DNA of 32,000 bases, taken from assembly GCA_000025185.1 (NCBI GenBank), contig CP001848.1:1320001-1352000 (forward strand), in the 5' to 3' direction. This DNA is from Pirellula staleyi DSM 6068. GTDB taxonomy: Bacteria > Planctomycetota > Planctomycetia > Pirellulales > Pirellulaceae. Of this stretch, positions 17,385 through 23,819 are shown one piece after another. Positions within the stretch are counted from its first letter, which is position 1, and every line of letters starts with the position of its first letter. The position numbers and the translations under genes were made by a program. The notes beneath the pieces were generated by a model that searched no databases, had not been told where the DNA came from, and saw only the letters and a program-made list of their open reading frames with translations.

Positions 17385-17428
17385 CAAAAAAGAGGCCCCC
17401 GAGCCGCACAAAACGACTCGGGAGCCTC
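17385..17428 (-). terminator. Strong intrinsic terminator about 400 nt downstream of flp-f
   Basis: Minus strand GAGGCTCCCGAG-(13-nt loop)-CTCGGGGGCCTC forms a 12-bp stem including one G-U pair, followed by TTTTTTGCGC. Confidence 0.7.
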
Positions 17429-17826
17429 TCGGAGTTTCGGACGCTTAGCGCAGCTTCGCGATCAGGCCTTCAGGTGGGCCTCGGCCACTCGTGGTGAGTC
17501 GCTCGGGGGGCACATCCCAAGCGGCTCGTAAGTGGCGATTTGCGCGGAAGTTAATCAAGTTCGATCAGGCTGTTTTCAGCAGCCGCTCGGCCGTGGCGGA
17601 GTGACCAGGGCCGAGCCTTCTCACAAGCTTCATCTGCAGGGTTATTTCGGGGGCACATCCGGCATAACCGCTACAGCTGTTTGTGGCCAGTCTCGGGCGT
17701 CAAGCGTAAGACTGGGAGTTTGTTCAATCGCCTTAGCCAAGTGGGGTGCGATGTTAATGTTCGCTTACCACCGCACGCTGCAGGCGATTACGGGGACGAT
17801 TCACTGTCCGCAATTACTGCCCGCAT

Positions 17827-18228
17827 TTACTGCGGGATGTTTTCGTCGACCACGCCGGGCTGATTCTGGTTCTGAGCCGAGCGAGGGAATTCGGTGATCT
17901 TCATGCCACCTTGGCGACGGGTGTCGGCGCGGCCGCAATCTTCGAACTGGGCAGCATCGACGAACTGCGAGCTGGCAGCGCCCGAAGGTCCGTAGTAGCC
18001 GTTGTTTCCGACGGTGTGGACCGTCACGCTGAGCGGTGGCTGGATGTAGTACGACTGATCGAGGGTGACCATCGCTTGGGCCACGTCACCCATTTCGTCG
18101 ATCACGCTATCTCGCACGGCGGCGAGACCGGCGACCGTGCCGATGGTGAGCAAGCTGGCGAGCATGGTCCATTCGAACGAGAGGACGCCGTCCTCTTCGT
18201 TCCACATTTGAGCGAGCAACTTCTGCAT
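17827..18228 (-). CDS. flp: Flp-family prepilin paralog f, 133 aa, with the longest C-terminal extension
   Basis: MQKLLAQMWNEEDG|VLSFEWTMLASLLTIGTVAGLAAVRDSVIDEMGDVAQAMVTLDQSYYIQPPLSVTVHTVGNNGYYGPSGAASSQF...EDCGRADTRRQGG... Start at the ATG at 18228 by paralog alignment. Confidence 0.85.
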   Translation of the reverse strand: MQKLLAQMWNEEDGVLSFEWTMLASLLTIGTVAGLAAVRDSVIDEMGDVAQAMVTLDQSYYIQPPLSVTVHTVGNNGYYGPSGAASSQFVDAAQFEDCGRADTRRQGGMKITEFPRSAQNQNQPGVVDENIPQ

Positions 18229-18370
18229 GGCGAAACTCCTGGTTTCATGTGCCGAGGGAACCGTTAAGGGAAAGCGAGAACACCTCGCCACCCCAGCCGA
18301 GCCATGAACATCGAGATTCTCTAGTCTTCCCAAATGTTCAATCGGCTTAACCGGCATGTTCACTACGATT

Positions 18371-18387
18371 GGCACAATCCGTACCAA
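18371..18387 (-). promoter_or_regulatory. Candidate sigma54 (-24/-12) promoter of flp-f
   Basis: Minus strand TTGGTACGGATTGTGCC. The -24 TGGTACG is the same variant as flp-b, and GC is at the correct spacing. It lies about 144 nt upstream of the ATG. Confidence 0.45.
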
Positions 18388-18720
18388 ATGCAAGTTCGGC
18401 GCTCCACTTTTTTGACAGAATGTTCAGAAAAGCTTGCCACGTTTCAGTTTAGAAACAAACGGCGGTGTTAAGCAGTCGGATCACGACAGCTGGGCGATGT
18501 TAAGCAGATTGAACACTCGGAGCCAAGCAGCTTGACAGAATGTCAAGAGAACTGAACATCGCACCTTACGCAGCTTGCCGAGCGAGGTGATTTGCTAAGA
18601 GGCTTGAGCAAAATGCTTCAAGGGAGAATCGCAGCGCGTTAAGAAAATGAAGGCTAAGCCCGCTTAATGCCCCGCAGGTGGGGCCAGCAAGGCTCGCAGC
18701 GGCTGTGACTGGGCCTATCG

Positions 18721-18750
18721 CGCAAAAAAGAAGGGAGCCGAAAGCTCCCT
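18721..18750 (-). terminator. Intrinsic terminator after the 550-aa membrane-protein gene
   Basis: Minus strand AAGGGAGC-tttcg-GCTCCCTT (8-bp perfect stem) followed by CTTTTTTGC. It lies 50 nt after the stop at 18800. Confidence 0.75.
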
Positions 18751-18799
18751 TAGGTGGATCAGAATCGATGGGCCCCAGGCGGGGCCCGATGCGTGTGGA

Positions 18800-20452
18800 T
18801 TAGCCGGCTGCTGTGGCCGCAGGCGCCGCCTTGGCCGGGAGCTCGATCAGGATCAGACGCTGATCGTGGTAGAGAATCCGCCCCCGCCCTTCGCGATCGG
18901 CCAGCAGAACTTCGCGGGCCAATTGGGGGTAGGAGTTTTTCGAGACCGCCAGGTACTTCATGTCGCGCCCTCGGGCGACGGCGAGCCAGTTCTTATCCCC
19001 GCGGAAGATCGTTTGGTAGTCGTTCCAGACATCGGGGCTGACGAGGTGGACATGGGTGGCGACGAGCGGACGGAGCTTTTCGTCCGAACGCATCAGGAGG
19101 TAGTCCCCCCAGTCCATCGGCGCGGCGATGTTCCCTTGCAGGTTCATCCGCACCACTTCGTCGGCCAGATAGACCGGAGTGTCGGTGACGGTGCTTCGCG
19201 CTTCGCCGCGTGGGGCACCTCGCAGCAAACTGCTGCTCGGTGGAGAGACGAGGAGCGTGACAAAGACAATTGCCATCGCATAGACGGTGCGCATCGCCAC
19301 CGGCTGATCGTCGGTGGCGGTGGTTTCGGGGGTGGTGGCACGCGAGCGGCTGAAAATGGCCGACAGATGTGGGACGACGGCAAAGGGCCACACGAGCGCC
19401 CACCAGGCGAGCATGCGAATGGCCATGACGGTGGCCAAAGCAAACAGGGCGAGGAGGAGGATTTCGTACCAGGCGATGGGGCGTGGTGTTTTGAAGCTGA
19501 CAGCCACCGCGACCACAGCGCTAGAGACCAGCAGGAAGCAGGTGAGGCTTTTGAGCGGAAGGCGTTGCCATTCGGAGATCGACTGTAGCGCGCTCGACTC
19601 GCCAAAGAAAATCACGTGGGGCCAGATCATCGGGCCGTGCGGTCCGATGGAAGCGAAGGCAACGAACAAGAGCGCGGCAATCCAAAGGGGCGCAACACCG
19701 CTGGCTTTGGCAGCAGCGGCGAGGTTCCAGCCATTTTTGGCGAGCTCTTGCAGCGTGTAGCCCAGGGCAATAGCGCCGAGCATGACGAGCCCCATCAGCA
19801 TGCTGCCATGCAGGTTTGCCCAGCAGATGGAGACGATCGGCAGCCAGAAGAGTGGATGCTTTTTGCCCGCCATCAGCTGCGCTGCTGCCAGGAGCACGAG
19901 CGCCGCGCCGAGCTGCCCAAACAGCTGGGGGCGAATCGTGCCGACGATCGGCAGGTTGAGTGTCATCACTACCAGCGGAACGACCCACAGGAGTTTCGAC
20001 TCGGGATCGCGCGCTCGCACCGCCAGCACCATCACCAGCGCCGTGAGTGTGACGAGAAGCGCATGGGCCAGGATGAGTCCTTCGTTGCCGAGCGTTTGAT
20101 GCGTGACGTAAGCGAGCAGCTGCGAGAGCCACGCGCTTTGCAGCACTGGTGTTGCCGAGGGGTGCGCGACAATTGGATCAAACGGGGGAAGAGCGCCGTG
20201 ATCAACGATCCAGCGACCAAAGTTCACATGCGCCCAGAGATCGGTGTGGTTGAGCCGGTTGAGACTCGTCACAAAGAAGACGATCGCGAGTGATGCGACC
20301 ACGGCGAGCGTGCTTTGGCGGATGCTTGGAAAGTAGGGACTGGTGAGCCGATCGCGCGTGATGCACTCCGGGAGCGCATCGGTGGCAGCGGTGTCGGTCG
20401 TTGTCCGCTCGAGTCGTGTGACGGTTGTGGCCATGGCATCCACCTTCTTCAA
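18800..20452 (-). CDS. Polytopic inner-membrane protein with a C-terminal extracytoplasmic domain; possibly a GT-C-like glycosyltransferase (functional call is weak)
   Basis: At least 10 hydrophobic helices. The first periplasmic-loop motif 'NHTDLWAHVNFGRWIVDHGALPPFDP' is reminiscent of the Asp-containing first loops of GT-C enzymes. The soluble tail of about 150 aa includes YLADEVVRMNLQGNIAAPMDWGDYL... Alternative start at 20434. Confidence 0.8.
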   Translation of the reverse strand: MKKVDAMATTVTRLERTTTDTAATDALPECITRDRLTSPYFPSIRQSTLAVVASLAIVFFVTSLNRLNHTDLWAHVNFGRWIVDHGALPPFDPIVAHPSATPVLQSAWLSQLLAYVTHQTLGNEGLILAHALLVTLTALVMVLAVRARDPESKLLWVVPLVVMTLNLPIVGTIRPQLFGQLGAALVLLAAAQLMAGKKHPLFWLPIVSICWANLHGSMLMGLVMLGAIALGYTLQELAKNGWNLAAAAKASGVAPLWIAALLFVAFASIGPHGPMIWPHVIFFGESSALQSISEWQRLPLKSLTCFLLVSSAVVAVAVSFKTPRPIAWYEILLLALFALATVMAIRMLAWWALVWPFAVVPHLSAIFSRSRATTPETTATDDQPVAMRTVYAMAIVFVTLLVSPPSSSLLRGAPRGEARSTVTDTPVYLADEVVRMNLQGNIAAPMDWGDYLLMRSDEKLRPLVATHVHLVSPDVWNDYQTIFRGDKNWLAVARGRDMKYLAVSKNSYPQLAREVLLADREGRGRILYHDQRLILIELPAKAAPAATAAG

Positions 20453-20492
20453 AAATCAGATCGACAAATCGGAGTCGTGCGCTGCGCGGGTA

Positions 20493-21731
20493 TTAGTTCG
20501 TGGTGGCTGCAGCGGGTGCAGAATCAGCCGCTTTTCCCTGGGAATCACGCGCTTTTTGACCCGCAGCGCCAAAGCGCCAAGCATCGTAGGGAGTCGTGCT
20601 GCGCCACAAGCACAAAGCGCGGGCCGCGTGGCTGTAGGGACCGTAGTGATCGACAATCGCTTTGTCGTCGAGCTCGGTGAGAGTGCGACAAAGCCACTGA
20701 CCCGCGCGCACAATCGTCTCTTGCGGAGGCTGAACTTCCGGCGGTGCATAGGCCAGCCATTCAATCTGGTGACCAGTCACCAGGATCTTGTCGTAGACCG
20801 TCGACTTCGTATCGACATCCGACGATTGACCAGTCGACCAGCTGCGCGACCAGAAGCCATCGCGCGACTGGGTTTGCTCGAGCAGGAGCGAAACCCGTTT
20901 CATATAAACGAGCATCTTCATCCGCTGCTTAGGGGTGAGCTTCTGCAGGTCGTCGTCGATACGGCAGAGGACCGTCATCGCCTCGAGCCGATGCAGGCCA
21001 TTACATGGACCATGTTCCGGCGGCGCTTTCACTAGTTCATCGATCAGCAGATCGAGCGTGATCGTCTCGCCAAACTTGTTGCTCCACATCGGCTGTGGAA
21101 AGACGTAGCGGGCATAGGTGATCGCCGTCCACTCGTACTCGAGCCGGTCGAGATGAAAGCGGCGGAGCGAGGTGGCGAGCAAATCGTTGATGGTGGCTTT
21201 ATCATCGCGCAGCGCGAGTGGATAGTCGCGCGCGAGTCCCGATTCGGCATACGTGGCGAGCAAGTCGTCGTTGTGATAGCTCGACGTATCGCGCGAGTTG
21301 GTCCCATCTTCAAATCCGCGAATCGTGATCCCTTCGCTCGTGCGCTGCAGCAGCGGAGGGGCGTTTTCTCCAACAATTTCGCGGAATTTTGCATCGTCGG
21401 TCAAATAGCCGAGCATCTGCTTGCCGCTGAGAACCTTGGGGTCGAAGAAGTCGGCGTCGGTTCCCCATAAGCGGAGCGAGTGGATCAAATTGTTCGTCAG
21501 CGGCGCAGTGCGCGGCGGCTTCACCCGGTCGAGAACATCAGAGAGTTGCTCGTCGGTTGCGACGCGCGGATCGTTGTAGCGCGGCAGCACCGAGTGGGGC
21601 GCTAGCGACTCGGGCAAGATCATCGGCGCGGGGGTGCTGCGACCTGTCGCTAAGGAGTAAACCAGTAGCGCGATCGCAATCACGGCCGGTGGAACAGTCC
21701 ATCGCGAAAGTGTGGGAAGTGGCGACGTCAT
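20493..21731 (-). CDS. Hypothetical protein with an N-terminal membrane anchor
   Basis: 412 aa with an N-terminal TM (WTVPPAVIAIALLVYSLATG) and a large soluble domain of no family I recognise. Its ATG overlaps the upstream EBP stop in a TAATG junction at 21729-21733, sharing one nucleotide (21731). Confidence 0.8.
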   Translation of the reverse strand: MTSPLPTLSRWTVPPAVIAIALLVYSLATGRSTPAPMILPESLAPHSVLPRYNDPRVATDEQLSDVLDRVKPPRTAPLTNNLIHSLRLWGTDADFFDPKVLSGKQMLGYLTDDAKFREIVGENAPPLLQRTSEGITIRGFEDGTNSRDTSSYHNDDLLATYAESGLARDYPLALRDDKATINDLLATSLRRFHLDRLEYEWTAITYARYVFPQPMWSNKFGETITLDLLIDELVKAPPEHGPCNGLHRLEAMTVLCRIDDDLQKLTPKQRMKMLVYMKRVSLLLEQTQSRDGFWSRSWSTGQSSDVDTKSTVYDKILVTGHQIEWLAYAPPEVQPPQETIVRAGQWLCRTLTELDDKAIVDHYGPYSHAARALCLWRSTTPYDAWRFGAAGQKARDSQGKAADSAPAAATTN

Positions 21732-23341
21732 TAGAGGAGCCCAAACTTTTTCATCTTGTTGTAAAGCGTGACGCGACTGATCCCGAGCTCCGCTGCGGTC
21801 TCTTTACGACGGAAGTTATTGCGCTGCAGCGAATCCTCGATGATCCGCCGCTCGAGCACGTCGACACGTGCTTCCAGCGAGTTGGTTTGCATCCGCAGCG
21901 CTGGTGCAGCAGCTGGTGGTGGATTGGCGATGCCAGTTTCGGTCGCCGTGGCCATTGGATGAGTGTGCGTCATCGAACTGGCATGCCCGTGCGACGAACT
22001 TGGCATGCTGCTGCGCGCCATGGTGTTTGGCGAGCCGACCCGAATGCGAGCACCCATGCCGGCGGGCAGCATGCCAGGTTGGAGTTGCCGATCGTCGTGC
22101 AGCGTCATGTTGTGCATGGTGGGCTGGTTTGGCTCGTTCTCGTTGTGCGACTGATTGGCAGCCGCCACGCGAATGGAGCTCGGCAGATCCCCGACGGTGA
22201 GCATGCCACGATGACAGTACAGCACGGCGCGGCGCACCACGTTTTCCATCTCACGAACGTTGCCAGGCCAGTGATAGGCACGCAAGGTTTCGAGGAACGC
22301 AGGCTCGATCAGCCGCAGCGGAATGTTGTGGGTGCGGCTATGTTCGAGCGCGAACTTACGAGCCAGGTATTCGATATCCCAAGGTCGCTCGCGCAGCGGG
22401 AGCAAGCGGAAGTTGAGGATGTTCAGACGATAGTACAAGTCGGTTCGAAAATTGCCGCTGCGAACCAGTTCCTCGAGGTTGTAGTTCGAGGCAACCACCA
22501 GCCGCGCTTGCGAGTACTGCGTTTCGTTACTCCCGACCGGCTCGTATTCGCCCGTCTCGATCACCCGCAGCAGCTTGGCTTGTTGTTCGAGCGGGAGGAC
22601 GTCGATTTCGTCGAGCAGCAGTGTGCCCCGACCAGCTGCGGCAAACTTTCCTTCGCGGTCGCGATCGGCGCCGGTGAAGGCCCCTTTCACGTAGCCAAAC
22701 AGTTCGCTTTCAATCAGATCGGGTGGCAGAGCGCCGCAGGCGACGGTGCAAAACCGTTCCTCGCGACGATCGGAGAGTTCGTGAATCAAGCGGGCGAGAA
22801 AGGTCTTGCCGCTCCCCGTTTCGCCAATCAAAAGGACGGTCACATTGTGGCGCGCCGCCACTTTGATCTCGTCCATCGTGTCGAACATTTCCGGAGTGAA
22901 CGTGACGAGCGATCGGCTGCGGCCGTGGAGTTCCTTATGCGGCATCTCGCTCCAGAAACCAGCGAGTTCCCCTTCGAGATCCTGGCGGTCGGACAAGAGG
23001 CGTCGGAGTCGACCAAAGTCGAGTGGAAACTCGAGGACATCGTCGATCGTTTTATCAGCCAGCTTACGGAGTCGAGGTGGGCAGTCCTGATCGACGAGGC
23101 CGTATAGCGGCGCGTTATCGATCGCTTCGTCGAGTTCGGCGATGAAGCGCGCGGGGGAATAGCCGTTGAGGGTGGTGCGGTCGAGATGCACGAGCACAGC
23201 ACTGATGGTCTGCGTTTTGAGCAGCTCAGGTAAAGATTCGAGAGCATCGCAGGGGACGATCAGTTGCTTGCCTTCGAGCTGCGTGCCGAGTTCGAAAAGC
23301 AAATTCTGATCGCGCGTGAAGACGAGGATGCTGTTGGACAT
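21731..23341 (-). CDS. Sigma54-dependent transcriptional activator (bacterial enhancer-binding protein): receiver-like N-domain + AAA+ + Fis-type HTH
   Basis: Walker A 'GETGSGKTFLARLIH', the sigma54-contact loop 'GAFTGA' (ESELFGYVKGAFTGADRD), Walker B 'LLLDEID', 'WPGNVREMENVV', and a C-terminal HTH 'ETAAELGISRVTLYNKMKKFGL'. The ATG at 23341 (MSNSILVF...) is preferred over the track start at 23371. Confidence 0.93.
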   Translation of the reverse strand: MSNSILVFTRDQNLLFELGTQLEGKQLIVPCDALESLPELLKTQTISAVLVHLDRTTLNGYSPARFIAELDEAIDNAPLYGLVDQDCPPRLRKLADKTIDDVLEFPLDFGRLRRLLSDRQDLEGELAGFWSEMPHKELHGRSRSLVTFTPEMFDTMDEIKVAARHNVTVLLIGETGSGKTFLARLIHELSDRREERFCTVACGALPPDLIESELFGYVKGAFTGADRDREGKFAAAGRGTLLLDEIDVLPLEQQAKLLRVIETGEYEPVGSNETQYSQARLVVASNYNLEELVRSGNFRTDLYYRLNILNFRLLPLRERPWDIEYLARKFALEHSRTHNIPLRLIEPAFLETLRAYHWPGNVREMENVVRRAVLYCHRGMLTVGDLPSSIRVAAANQSHNENEPNQPTMHNMTLHDDRQLQPGMLPAGMGARIRVGSPNTMARSSMPSSSHGHASSMTHTHPMATATETGIANPPPAAAPALRMQTNSLEARVDVLERRIIEDSLQRNNFRRKETAAELGISRVTLYNKMKKFGLL

Positions 23342-23819
23342 GCGCCACCCAAAGAAAAGAAGACTAGCCAAACCATAGCCCGAAAATCTTGCCTGTTTGA
23401 CTTAAGCTACTTAGCCTGGGCAGCTTCACTAGCGCAAAACAGACTTAGCATCGTGAAATAAAACTGAACAATGTGCGATTGTTTGGGTTGTAGGTTTTGT
23501 GGCGATTGTGCGGCCTGTAGCGGGGCGGCTATCTAACTAACGAGTAGATCACTATTTAGATCTGCTAGCTCTGATCGCTAGCAGTTTCAGCGTGCTAGCG
23601 GGGCTATGTGGAACTGCGTAGTTCAGGGTGACTGTGGCGGTGGTGCACCGAAAACTTGATATGCGGGGAGCGGCGATCCGATGGAGTGGATCAGAAGCGT
23701 TTGCTGCCAAGGCGAAGGCAGTTGCTAGCGACAGGTTGTCGTTCTCGCGAGGAAACAGCCGCGAGTTCCCGATCAAGCTCCTGTCTGGCCCAGGCCTAAT
23801 TTTTCGAGGGGTTTTTCCG

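Noticed and set aside
21557-23107. 516-aa plus-strand ORF, one of the longest in the track
   Set aside because: It is exactly antisense to the sigma54 activator, which has unambiguous Walker A/B, GAFTGA and HTH motifs. Its translation is Arg/His/Ala/Gly-rich with no recognisable motifs. This is a typical shadow ORF in GC-rich DNA.
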